A stretch of DNA of 64,000 nt, taken from the sequence record LR745206.1; one strand, 5' to 3'. This document shows positions 28,003 through 38,229 of this stretch, in pieces. The notes beneath the pieces are model-generated. The model saw only the letters and a program-made list of their open reading frames with translations, had not been told where the DNA came from and did not search any database. The position numbers were made by a program, and so were the translations under genes. Every line of letters starts with the position of its first letter. Within the stretch, counting starts at the first letter, position 1.

Positions 28003-28021
28003 TATAAATTAAACTAAAATA

Positions 28022-29188
28022 ATGACAGAAGTAAAAGATTTTGTATTCGAAACGTTTTTAAGATTAACCTCCAAGACTGTTCCTTATGGTCATGAGGATA
28101 ATTTTATGAGACAAGTTAGAAAACTATTCCCGAAAAGAATGGATCAAGATAAGCATGGTAATTATTTTTATAAGGTTGGTGAATCCAAAACAGTTTTTGC
28201 TTCACACCTCGATACCGTTTCCAAAGAATATATTTCAGTTACGCACGTTTTTGATGGTGATACAATAAAAACTGATGGGAAAACAACATTAGGTGCTGAT
28301 GATAAAGCTGGTGTTACAGTTATGTTATGGATGATACAAAATAATGTTCCTGGTTTATACTACTTTTTTATTGGTGAGGAAGTTGGTTGTATTGGATCTG
28401 GATTTGCATCAAAAGATAGTGATTTTGAAAACTATGATAGAATGATTTCATTTGATAGAAGAGGAACTGGTTCTATTATAACTTACCAATCTTCTGGTAG
28501 ATGTTGTTCTGATGATTTTGCTGACGCATTATGTGCTGAGTTGAATATGTTAGGACTAGATTATTCAAAAGATATGGGTGGTGTTTATACTGACTCTGCT
28601 GAGTTTGTTGATGTTATTCCTGAATGTACAAATGTTTCTGTTGGATATTATAAAGAACACACCACAACAGAGAACCAAGATATCAAACACTTAACTGAAT
28701 TAGCCGATGCTTGTGTTCGTGTTAATTGGGAGAATTTACCAACAAAGAGAAATCCAAAGATATATGAGGCAAAACCTTATTCTTCATATAGAAACTATGC
28801 AAGTTCATATAACCCTCCAACTAAGACTTATGGTCTTACTGATGATTGGTATGAGGAAGATGATGATGATTTTGGTGGATTAGAACTTGGTGATGATGGT
28901 GAGTGGGGATATCCGAGACGTGATAAAAGAAAAAGAACAAGACGAGGTAATAATAGAAAATCTAAAACCTTTTATGATACTGGTAATGGGTTGATGGAAA
29001 TTACTTCTTTTAATGAAAAAGAATATAACTCTGATACTGGTGGTGATAAATACAGCTGGATTACAGATAAATTTTTAGATCACGTATTAACAATTGCTGA
29101 TTTGGAAATTATTAAGGAACAATATTTGGATATGGATGTCCAATATGATAAATACTTTTACAACTATTTACTAGAACAAGTTGTTTAA
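28022..29188 (+). CDS. M28/M20-family metallopeptidase
   Basis: SHLDTV, GADDKAG, GEEVG, SFDR, GYYKEH zinc ligands. Confidence 0.8.
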   Translation: MTEVKDFVFETFLRLTSKTVPYGHEDNFMRQVRKLFPKRMDQDKHGNYFYKVGESKTVFASHLDTVSKEYISVTHVFDGDTIKTDGKTTLGADDKAGVTVMLWMIQNNVPGLYYFFIGEEVGCIGSGFASKDSDFENYDRMISFDRRGTGSIITYQSSGRCCSDDFADALCAELNMLGLDYSKDMGGVYTDSAEFVDVIPECTNVSVGYYKEHTTTENQDIKHLTELADACVRVNWENLPTKRNPKIYEAKPYSSYRNYASSYNPPTKTYGLTDDWYEEDDDDFGGLELGDDGEWGYPRRDKRKRTRRGNNRKSKTFYDTGNGLMEITSFNEKEYNSDTGGDKYSWITDKFLDHVLTIADLEIIKEQYLDMDVQYDKYFYNYLLEQVV

Positions 29189-29404
29189 TTAAATACGAGC
29201 GTTATCAATAATATCGCTCGTTTTGATTATTTCATCTGGTGCATTAAAAATTTTAGATTGAGATATGTTATGTGTTATTTTAAAAGATCTATTTGATACT
29301 TTCTCAAGTATCTTAACTGGTGTAATCATGTCATTATACCAATATTCGATTAATACAATATCTCCTTCTTTATAAAACGATTTATACTCATTTAAAAATT
29401 TCAT
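29189..29404 (-). CDS. small SH3-like protein
   Basis: YKEGDIVLIEY..VKILEK; start MKFLNEYKSF. Confidence 0.55.
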   Translation of the reverse strand: MKFLNEYKSFYKEGDIVLIEYWYNDMITPVKILEKVSNRSFKITHNISQSKIFNAPDEIIKTSDIIDNARI

Positions 29405-29416
29405 ATACTATATATT

Positions 29417-30409
29417 ATGTTTGGTAGACTCTTTTTTGATAACGATTTAATGAACTTCTTACAAGTAAGCTCAAATTCTAAAATATCCATGATATTACTG
29501 AATGGTGGTATGAATGCTATTTGTGAGGAAGGTAATTTTATTAAAAGAGATAGAGAAGAAATTGATATACTTAATTTTATACCAAAGGGTAAAATAATTG
29601 TTGGTGATGATTCATCAATTGATACATTTTTTTCACAGAATAGTAATAGAACTAGAATTAAAGTTGGTAGATTTGTTAGGAAGTTTGTTTCAAAACAATC
29701 ATTCGTTGATTTTAGTATAACTGATAAGGATATTGAGGATTTTGTTAATCTATTTAAATCCTATTTTACACCTAATAAAGAAAATTTAAAAATCGTAGAG
29801 GGTGAGGAAATACTGAAATGGTACTTGGAAGAAAACTACGCAACAACTTGTGATTTGAGAACTGGTAGCCTCTGGAAGTCTTGTATGAGACAACCAGAAA
29901 GAAACAAATTCATGGATATTTATGCTAAAAATATATCATTGTGTAAAATGTTAATTTTTCTAAATGATGATGGTAAATTAAGAGCTAGAGCTCTTTTATG
30001 GGAAGGTGTTTCTGATAAAAATGGTAATGTTTATAGGGTTATGGATAGAATCTATACTATATATGATCATGATACATTTTTATTCAAATCTTGGGCTAAA
30101 GAGAATGGTTATATTATGAAACTTGAACAAAGCTCTAAATCAGAATCATTGTTTGATGTTGGTGGACAACCTATGAATATTGAATTAAAAATTAAATTAG
30201 GTAAGTGGGATCTTAATCATTATCCTTATTTAGACACATTTAAGTATTTTGATCTTTATGGTGGTTATTTATCCAATACCCCTAACTTCGTACATCAATA
30301 TAAACTTGTTCAAAGTGATGGATCTGTTGAGAGAGAAGAGAGATTATTATCAGAAGATGATTATGATGAAGGTGAATATGATGAAGGTGAACATGATGAT
30401 GGATGGTAA
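29417..30409 (+). CDS. conserved phage hypothetical protein
   Basis: SCM..YAKN..RALLW..MDRIY..YPYLDTF motif series; acidic tail. Confidence 0.65.
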   Translation: MFGRLFFDNDLMNFLQVSSNSKISMILLNGGMNAICEEGNFIKRDREEIDILNFIPKGKIIVGDDSSIDTFFSQNSNRTRIKVGRFVRKFVSKQSFVDFSITDKDIEDFVNLFKSYFTPNKENLKIVEGEEILKWYLEENYATTCDLRTGSLWKSCMRQPERNKFMDIYAKNISLCKMLIFLNDDGKLRARALLWEGVSDKNGNVYRVMDRIYTIYDHDTFLFKSWAKENGYIMKLEQSSKSESLFDVGGQPMNIELKIKLGKWDLNHYPYLDTFKYFDLYGGYLSNTPNFVHQYKLVQSDGSVEREERLLSEDDYDEGEYDEGEHDDGW

Positions 30410-30410
30410 T

Positions 30411-30439
30411 AAAAAAACCCACTATTAAGTGGGTTTTTT
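30411..30439. terminator. bidirectional intrinsic terminator
   Basis: AAAAAACCCACT-ATTA-AGTGGGTTTTTT between convergent genes. Confidence 0.8.
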
Positions 30440-30442
30440 ATT

Positions 30443-31198
30443 TTAAGCATTTGGGTTATCTGCTCTGTATTTATCATATCTATTAGCTATCTCGATAAGG
30501 AATTTATTTCTTACGATATCAGTATTATCGAATTCAAACAATTCTAAAGTTGACATACCATCAACCATTGATATAAAGTCATTATATCCAGAATCTTTTT
30601 TTCTAACATCATATTGTGATGTATCACCCATCATAACAGCTTTTGACTCCTTACCTAATCTAGTTACCCATAACATCAATTGTTTGATTGAGGCATTTTG
30701 ACATTCATCTAATAACATAACACAATCATCATAAGTAGAACCTCTCATATAAGCTAATGGTTCAAATATTATTTCTTCTGTTGCGAATAAAATATCAGTA
30801 GATTGTTTACCTATAATTTTACAAAAGGTGTTATAGTATGATCTCTTATATGGATCTAACTTCTCTTGAATATCACCTGGTAAAAATCCAAGATTCTCTC
30901 CACTTTCTTGAACTGGTTTAGTTATTATTATCCTTTCAACTTTCTTATCTGCTAATAAAGCTAATGCTGTATAGCAAGTTGTGAATGTTTTTGATGTACC
31001 AGCCGGGCCGTGAACAACAGTTAATGTGTTGTTTCTTATTCCTTTGTATAATTTGTGTTGTTTTGGTGTTAACTGAACATTGTTTTTCTCAAATTCAGCT
31101 TTGGATAAAGAGTTTTTCTTTCTTATGTTTTTCTGAAATTCAAAATCTTTTATACCTTGTTGTATCTCTTCATTCTGTTCTTGCTTTTGCTTACTCAT
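30443..31198 (-). CDS. phoH: PhoH-like ATPase
   Basis: GPAGTSKT, LGFLPG, EPLAYMRG, LDECQN, GDTSQYD, DIVRN. Confidence 0.92.
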   Translation of the reverse strand: MSKQKQEQNEEIQQGIKDFEFQKNIRKKNSLSKAEFEKNNVQLTPKQHKLYKGIRNNTLTVVHGPAGTSKTFTTCYTALALLADKKVERIIITKPVQESGENLGFLPGDIQEKLDPYKRSYYNTFCKIIGKQSTDILFATEEIIFEPLAYMRGSTYDDCVMLLDECQNASIKQLMLWVTRLGKESKAVMMGDTSQYDVRKKDSGYNDFISMVDGMSTLELFEFDNTDIVRNKFLIEIANRYDKYRADNPNA

Positions 31199-31288
31199 TC
31201 AGTAGATTATTTTTTAGTATATATTATATATCTCTTATTATCTTATATCTCTTTAAGAACTCAAAAGTTTTAATATATATACCGAAAA

Positions 31289-31519
31289 ATGTTTTTTTTT
31301 ATTGTGAGGGATAAGAATGATTTAATATATGAGTTGATTTTTAATGAAGAAACTGAATTTGAAATAGATGTATCAGAGTATATACCTGATATATACCAAT
31401 ATGAAGATTTTGTTTCAGAATTGAAAGATGTTTTGAAGAAATCAAAAGTTAAGATAATTGATAGTCAAGTTAATCTTGATAGTAAGACTGTTATTTGGGA
31501 ATTAAAAGTAAAGAAATAA
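31289..31519 (+). CDS. hypothetical protein
   Basis: 76-aa ORF after late motif 31270-31279. Confidence 0.55.
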   Translation: MFFFIVRDKNDLIYELIFNEETEFEIDVSEYIPDIYQYEDFVSELKDVLKKSKVKIIDSQVNLDSKTVIWELKVKK

Positions 31520-31523
31520 AAAT

Positions 31524-34500
31524 ATGTGGGTATTTAATAATGATTATAATAAATGGTCTTCTTCTGATGATAGTCTTTTGAAAGATAATTATGACTTTTT
31601 AAAACAAGAATTATCATCTGTTAGATTCTATTCAAAATGTTTGAGTGGTGCTACCTATTTACCGATGAATAGCTTAGATAATATCTATGATATATTGGGA
31701 GAGTATGAGCCAAGAAATTGGTATATTGGATTGATTGGATCTCCTTATAGTAATTCACTTATACCACCACAGAATGCAACAGAGATTACAGAATCCTCAT
31801 CATATGATTACTATAACAAATATCTAACAGAGTATGGATTAACTCTAAAGAATCTATTTACACCTGATAGATTGATAAAAGATTCTATTAAAAATTATAT
31901 CTATGTTGATGTAGCAACAACAGAACAGTTATTTGATTTATATCAACCAGTTATTAATAGAGTTATAGATGGTTTTAGATTGAAGGATGGTCACAGGATT
32001 TTGATAAAAGATCAAAAATCAACTGAGGTATTACCAAATACTACTAATCCAGATACTTATTTTCAGGGTAATTATACTGTTATCCAAAATTTAGGAACAA
32101 CAATAGAATATGAATACTTCAATAATGAAAATGGTATATATGTCTATAATAATAAATTACTTACTAAAGAAACCGATCTAAATGAATATGTTGATTGTGT
32201 TAGGTTTAGTGTTGTTGTTAAGATAGGAACTAGTAATAGAGAGAAACAATTTCACTTATCTAGGTTGTTGAATGGATATTATCCAACATCTTCCTTAAAT
32301 CAGCCTATGGAGTTTGTCGAGAAGCATAATTGGTTATTAAGAAACAGAGTAGATTATAATAATCTATTTGAAATAAATTATTATGATGTTATAAAACATG
32401 GTACTCAATCGTATAATCTTAATGGTATCACATATAGTGTTCCAGAGAGAACTATATCCGTTGGTGAGTTTGGTGTGATATTAAATAACCAAGAAGATGT
32501 TTCTAATATTATTAGTAATAAATACAAAGTTAATTTGAGAGGTATATCACAAACTTCTAAATATTATTGGGTTTGTGGAGATAGTGGTGTTTTATTGAAG
32601 GTAAGAAAACATGATTTCAATATAGAAAGAATAGAGATTGATTGTAATTGCCCAAGAAATTTAACAATAACAAACCTTAACTCAATATCATTCTTTAATG
32701 ATCAAAGAGGTGTCGCTGTTGGAGATTTAAATACCATTTTAATAACAATAGATGGTGGTAATACATGGGATAAAATTGGTATACCTGATTTTGATGCTTA
32801 TTATTATAATAAGGTTACTTATTATAATCCTAATAGCTTTTTTATCGGTGGTAATTCTGGTGTATTCATAGAATTTAAAAATGATATTTCTGGATGGACA
32901 GCTTATAAAAGAAGGATATCTAGATTTATTGATGATGAGGATGAATATTTATTAGTTGATAATATTAATGATATTTTTTATACAAATATTAATACTTGGG
33001 GATTAAGTTTCTCTTATGGTACACAATCTATAGCTACAGAGAAAGAGTTATTGTTTATTGTAACTGATGATAGTAAAATAATAGCACATGATATTAATGA
33101 TTCAATACCGGGCTTTGATTTCGTCTATTTGGAACTACCAAATAATTATGGTGATATAAGAAATATAGTTAGAAGAGAATCTACAAATGATTTCTATTTC
33201 ACTGGTATAGATGAGAGTAATGGGGATGTTGGTTTATTTTCTACAACACTTAATAATTTTAATAATTTGGGTGTTGATAATGAATATTCAAACACTATAA
33301 TATCAATTTTTCCGGCCACACATGAATCTGATAATTATCCAAATGAGACATTTGATTATTTGGGACAGGATATTATTATATGCGGTAATGAATCTTTATT
33401 AAAAAGTTCAACATATAGCACAACATTTAATTTTGAGTCTCTTGATGATAATTTTGAGTCAAGATTGAAGTCTAAGATGTTATTTTTGGATTATGATATG
33501 GGATCAAAATTGAATTTCTTTACTGATTCTGGTCAATATAGATTACCAAATTCATTAGAGTTTAATGGTGGTAGTTTCTCAGTTGGATCATATTTGGAAT
33601 TTGAACCATTAATATATGGAGCAACTTCACCAAGTTTCATGACACAATCAGAAGTTAGTTGGTTTGATTATTGGTCAGATAGATACAAAACATTTGAGTT
33701 TTATACAAACACATCACCATTAGATGAATCAACAAAAGTTTTATTATCTTCTAATTTTTCCTATTCTGCTACACAATCAGAATTAATAATATCATCAATC
33801 ACATCCAATCTGTATGATATACAGAATTTGGCTCCTAATATTTATGACTCAAGTTTGAGTAGATTTAATGGGGTTGGTATGACAGCTATATCAGCGCCAT
33901 CATCATCATATGATTTATATTTGTATGATTATTTAATGATAGCTAAAGTACCAATAGGATATGTTACCGAAGTTGGTGATGTTATGAATTTGGAAAGCTC
34001 TGTTGTTAATGGTGAATTTGTGATTAATAAAATAGCTACAATAAGTGGTAGTAAATACCTATATATGTTTAGTGAGTTTAATCAAAATATTATAACCGAA
34101 TTATCAACAACAACATATTCTGTTACTTTAACAAATTTGAATAATTATTTAGATATATATGAATTGGTTGATAGATTTAATATACATCCAATTTCTAATG
34201 GATATGAATTATCTGCTGTTGATAATTTTAATTATTTCTTATATCTAGATTTTTTAAATGGAGCAGTTAACACTTATAATAATTGGGATGTTGATACATC
34301 ATTTATAAATAGCTCTCCTGTTATACATTTTGATATTACATCCTCATCATCTCCCTATTCTGCTAGAACAAGTCTTGGTGACAATTTAATAGAAAGTCCA
34401 ATTGTTTATGGTGTTGATGTTATTAAATTTAGTTATCAAGCTAGAAAATCAGGACCATCTTTTCCAATAATAACCGATCCGGGAAATTCAATTGAGGGAG

Positions 34501-37274
34501 GTTATTCAAATGGTACATACTCTACTATAAAGGTACAGGGTTACTCTTTGAATACATTATCTTGGGTGGATATACAGAATTATACAATGCCTTTGAGTGG
34601 ATTTTTAACAGCTAATACCGGAGTTCAAGCTACAATTCCGATTAGTGGTAATTATAACCAATTTAGATTCAATTTATTTGAGGGTACTGGTACATATTCA
34701 TACAATACTACTAGTGGTCCCCCATTCTTTGTACCAATTGTTGCTACAGCATCAAATTCGGTCTATATTAAAATAGATGATATAAAATTGATTAGTAGTA
34801 GTCCATTAACTATTGAACCAAACTCTTATGGTTTATCTTATAGTAATACTATTACTTATGAATTAAATCCATTGTTTAATAATCTAACATCATATTATAA
34901 CTTAGCAACCAATGTTATTGTTAATGGTGATTATAAAACTATGTCATATACTGACGGATTCCTAAAATTTGGATATACCCCAACTTATAATATTCTTGAT
35001 TACCTAGAATCTATAAATGTTATTGGTGATCCTAACCCAGTTTTTTATGGTGATAAAGAATATTATGCAATGCCTGATTATAGAGGAATACCTTTACAGG
35101 GTGTTGGTAGTATAAATGATAGCATTGCTTATATCGATTATAATGGTGTTACTTATTCTAACACAACTGGTAATAAACTACTATTTGGTAAAGATTTGAA
35201 ATTGGAATGGGAAAGTATATTTATCAATACATTTGTTGATATTAACCTATATGATTCGGTGACATATTCTATACCTTCTTCATCAACAGAGAGGTTATTA
35301 GTTATGAAAAAATATTATAATGAAAAAGATGATGTTTATGTTATAGAGTTTCATAAAAAATTAAATTTCACACTTGGTAATCCATTGTATTTTATTGATA
35401 TAATATCTAGAAGAAAGTTACATCAAATAAGTAGTGATTTACAAGAGTTGAATAATATACAAAGAGATAAATTAAAAGTAACTGATGGTATCATTATAGG
35501 GTCATCTTTTAATAGTTATGAACCAGAGTTAAACTTTAAAATACCTACTGATTCATACTCCAAGGTATTACTTTCTGATGTTGATACTTTACAGGAGTTA
35601 AGTGCAATATTCTATATTGATTATAAGAATGAATTAGCTATGAATATTACTAGATTGGAAAGAGAGTATAACATACCTATTTTAAATACTTCTAATTTTG
35701 GTGGTAAGTTATTTATTTCTTGTACTGAGAAGCACGATCTTAGAACTGGTGATGGTGTTGTGTTAGATTTTAATGGTGCTACTGGATCATCACAAGAATT
35801 AAATCAACAATATTTTGGTTATCATCCGGTTATTGTTGTTAACCAATATAATTTTTATTTGGATATTCCTTATGGAACAACACCATTTGTTGGTAATGAT
35901 ACTGGATTTGTTAGATATACCAAAAAGGATCCATTCTTAAATTACCAACCAATTGATATAATTGATGTTGGTGTTGATAAGAAGGGTAAAAAATCAATTG
36001 AGTTATCCATTGATAATTTAAAATTAACAGATGATGTTTATAGTTTAACTGATGTTGATTTTAATAAATTTAGATTTAGGTTAGTTGATGGGTTAAATGT
36101 TGAACAATTAGCTATTCAATTCCCTTGGATACTTGAAGCTGAAATATCTGGAGCTGTATTAGGATTGAATAATGATGGATTGGTCTGGTATAAAGGTATT
36201 TGGGAATGTGGTAGATGGTTTGGTGGTAGTTGGATATCAGGTAGTTGGATATCAGGGGATTGGTATGATGGTAAGTGGTTCTCAAAAACCATTAAGGATA
36301 ATTACATCTCAGTAGAAATTGATGATAAATCATCAAATAGTTTACAATCAACTTGGTTTGGTGGTAGGTGGTATAAAGGTACCTGGGATAATGGATTGTG
36401 GGTTAATGGTAGATGGTATGATGGTGATTGGAACAATGGTACGTGGTTCAAGGGTATTTGGAATGATGGTACATGGAATGATGGTGTATTTGGTGGTGGT
36501 GTTTGGGTACTTGGTACTTGGAATAATGGTATATTTAATACTGATAATGAGCCAGCTTATTGGTTAGATGGTACTTGGTATGGTGGTGATTTTGAAAATG
36601 GTATGTGGTATGATGGTTCTTTTGAGTCTAAGAATACAGAGTCTAGATTTGGTGTTAAGTCATATAACAGCAGAACTTCTACTTGGCATGGTGGTAAGTG
36701 GATAAGTGGTAGTTTCCACTCTAAACTTAATATAAATGATGATGGTGAGTATGATGTATCTGATGTACATAAATACTCAATTTGGAAAACAGGTTCTTGG
36801 TTTAGTGGTGATTTTTATGGTGGTATAGCTTATAATATGGACTTTAAATCAGGTATTTGGCATGGTGGTATATTAGAGGATATTCAAGTAATTGGGTTTG
36901 GATCTGATGGTGTTGGTGAGAACTTCTTCGCTTTGAATGGTATATTTAAATTTAATCTTGGTGATGAAATTAATATAATTGATAATCAAATAGGTAATAC
37001 ATACTCTAATGACTTTGGTAGTAATTCAGAACCAGGTAGATATACTATTCTATATACAGTTGAGGATAATATCAATAATTGGACAAAAGTTTATGTAAAT
37101 AGAACAATAACTTATGATGTTAATGCTCCAGTTGATTTAGGTTTGAGATTGGTTAGTAGATTTAGATTCTGTAATTGGAAATCAGGTATTTGGACAAATG
37201 GTCTTTTTGATAGTGGATTATGGGAAGGTGGTATCTGGTACAATGGTGTATTTGGTGATGCTACTTGGATGTAA
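31524..37274 (+). CDS. 1916-aa virion/tail protein with BNR-like propeller and W/G pentapeptide repeats
   Basis: GVAVGDLNTILITIDGGNTW BNR-like motif; long GxWxx repeat tract from about 36180. Confidence 0.7.
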   Translation: MWVFNNDYNKWSSSDDSLLKDNYDFLKQELSSVRFYSKCLSGATYLPMNSLDNIYDILGEYEPRNWYIGLIGSPYSNSLIPPQNATEITESSSYDYYNKYLTEYGLTLKNLFTPDRLIKDSIKNYIYVDVATTEQLFDLYQPVINRVIDGFRLKDGHRILIKDQKSTEVLPNTTNPDTYFQGNYTVIQNLGTTIEYEYFNNENGIYVYNNKLLTKETDLNEYVDCVRFSVVVKIGTSNREKQFHLSRLLNGYYPTSSLNQPMEFVEKHNWLLRNRVDYNNLFEINYYDVIKHGTQSYNLNGITYSVPERTISVGEFGVILNNQEDVSNIISNKYKVNLRGISQTSKYYWVCGDSGVLLKVRKHDFNIERIEIDCNCPRNLTITNLNSISFFNDQRGVAVGDLNTILITIDGGNTWDKIGIPDFDAYYYNKVTYYNPNSFFIGGNSGVFIEFKNDISGWTAYKRRISRFIDDEDEYLLVDNINDIFYTNINTWGLSFSYGTQSIATEKELLFIVTDDSKIIAHDINDSIPGFDFVYLELPNNYGDIRNIVRRESTNDFYFTGIDESNGDVGLFSTTLNNFNNLGVDNEYSNTIISIFPATHESDNYPNETFDYLGQDIIICGNESLLKSSTYSTTFNFESLDDNFESRLKSKMLFLDYDMGSKLNFFTDSGQYRLPNSLEFNGGSFSVGSYLEFEPLIYGATSPSFMTQSEVSWFDYWSDRYKTFEFYTNTSPLDESTKVLLSSNFSYSATQSELIISSITSNLYDIQNLAPNIYDSSLSRFNGVGMTAISAPSSSYDLYLYDYLMIAKVPIGYVTEVGDVMNLESSVVNGEFVINKIATISGSKYLYMFSEFNQNIITELSTTTYSVTLTNLNNYLDIYELVDRFNIHPISNGYELSAVDNFNYFLYLDFLNGAVNTYNNWDVDTSFINSSPVIHFDITSSSSPYSARTSLGDNLIESPIVYGVDVIKFSYQARKSGPSFPIITDPGNSIEGGYSNGTYSTIKVQGYSLNTLSWVDIQNYTMPLSGFLTANTGVQATIPISGNYNQFRFNLFEGTGTYSYNTTSGPPFFVPIVATASNSVYIKIDDIKLISSSPLTIEPNSYGLSYSNTITYELNPLFNNLTSYYNLATNVIVNGDYKTMSYTDGFLKFGYTPTYNILDYLESINVIGDPNPVFYGDKEYYAMPDYRGIPLQGVGSINDSIAYIDYNGVTYSNTTGNKLLFGKDLKLEWESIFINTFVDINLYDSVTYSIPSSSTERLLVMKKYYNEKDDVYVIEFHKKLNFTLGNPLYFIDIISRRKLHQISSDLQELNNIQRDKLKVTDGIIIGSSFNSYEPELNFKIPTDSYSKVLLSDVDTLQELSAIFYIDYKNELAMNITRLEREYNIPILNTSNFGGKLFISCTEKHDLRTGDGVVLDFNGATGSSQELNQQYFGYHPVIVVNQYNFYLDIPYGTTPFVGNDTGFVRYTKKDPFLNYQPIDIIDVGVDKKGKKSIELSIDNLKLTDDVYSLTDVDFNKFRFRLVDGLNVEQLAIQFPWILEAEISGAVLGLNNDGLVWYKGIWECGRWFGGSWISGSWISGDWYDGKWFSKTIKDNYISVEIDDKSSNSLQSTWFGGRWYKGTWDNGLWVNGRWYDGDWNNGTWFKGIWNDGTWNDGVFGGGVWVLGTWNNGIFNTDNEPAYWLDGTWYGGDFENGMWYDGSFESKNTESRFGVKSYNSRTSTWHGGKWISGSFHSKLNINDDGEYDVSDVHKYSIWKTGSWFSGDFYGGIAYNMDFKSGIWHGGILEDIQVIGFGSDGVGENFFALNGIFKFNLGDEINIIDNQIGNTYSNDFGSNSEPGRYTILYTVEDNINNWTKVYVNRTITYDVNAPVDLGLRLVSRFRFCNWKSGIWTNGLFDSGLWEGGIWYNGVFGDATWM

Positions 37275-37302
37275 TTTGATTTTATAAATTAATATATAGA
37301 CT

Positions 37303-37713
37303 ATGATTAAAAAGTATTTACAATTCATAAAAGAAGCTGATGAGGTTGAGGAAATAACTGATACTGAAACTAAAGATGATAACTCTGATATATCTCATGA
37401 TTCTAAATTTACCGAAATTAAAGATGAGGTTAAATTAATGATAGAGAATACAATAGAGAAAAGTGGTGGTGAATTTGAATCATTTGTTGATTCCTTTATT
37501 AAAAATCCAGAAGATGTTAAGGTCGAGGGATTCATAAACGACTCGGATATATATGATTTCTATTTAAAATGGAGAAATGATATTGATGAGGTTTTAAATG
37601 ATGTTAAGTTTTTTGATGAAGTGCCAACTGAGATGAATGCTTTTGGTTTATACGAATATGTTATAAAAGGAACTGAAAAAGCTTTTAGTGAAATAGTTAA
37701 AACAATCGGTTAA
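37303..37713 (+). CDS. acidic protein, putative head-packaged
   Basis: MIKKYLQFIKE start; late motif 37289-37298. Confidence 0.7.
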   Translation: MIKKYLQFIKEADEVEEITDTETKDDNSDISHDSKFTEIKDEVKLMIENTIEKSGGEFESFVDSFIKNPEDVKVEGFINDSDIYDFYLKWRNDIDEVLNDVKFFDEVPTEMNAFGLYEYVIKGTEKAFSEIVKTIG

Positions 37714-38131
37714 TATACTCCACTAAATCAATGTGTAAATAAAAGTGATTTGTTATCATTAATAGGTATAGTAAAGTCCTTACTATTAGAAATTTAAATG
37801 AAATTATTTTTCCAACTAGTGAGAATTTTATTTTACTAAAAATAACATTTAACATAACACCAGATGTCAATATCAATAAGAATATAGTCCAGTTACTACT
37901 AGCTAGACCTAATATAACCCAAATCAATTCTATTGATGTTAATATATTTCTATTTGTGTGTAGTGTTAAATCCTTTTTACTTCTAAAGTCAGAAGCTTTT
38001 GGAACTTTACCAGTTACTTCTTTATACTTAATAAACCATTCCTTAACAAAGGAAAACCTTTTAAAGTTTATTATTCCCATAAAACATGACAATAAAATAA
38101 GTATTCCGAAGCCATAAAAAATATTACCCAT
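37697..38131 (-). CDS. membrane protein
   Basis: likely start MGNIFYGFG at 38131; about four hydrophobic helices. Confidence 0.6.
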   Translation of the reverse strand: MGNIFYGFGILILLSCFMGIINFKRFSFVKEWFIKYKEVTGKVPKASDFRSKKDLTLHTNRNILTSIELIWVILGLASSNWTIFLLILTSGVMLNVIFSKIKFSLVGKIISFKFLIVRTLLYLLMITNHFYLHIDLVEYINRLF

Positions 38132-38229
38132 AGTTTTTATTTTTCTCTTTATAGTTAATATATAGTTTTTTGTTTTTACAGAAGATAGGAATAAATATAT
38201 ATAGTATAACTTAAAATAAAATAAAGTAA

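Noticed and set aside
30380-30409. Short acidic repeats (DEGEYDEGEHDD) and Gly/Thr low-complexity tracts
   Set aside because: Ordinary low-complexity protein tails with no DNA-level array.
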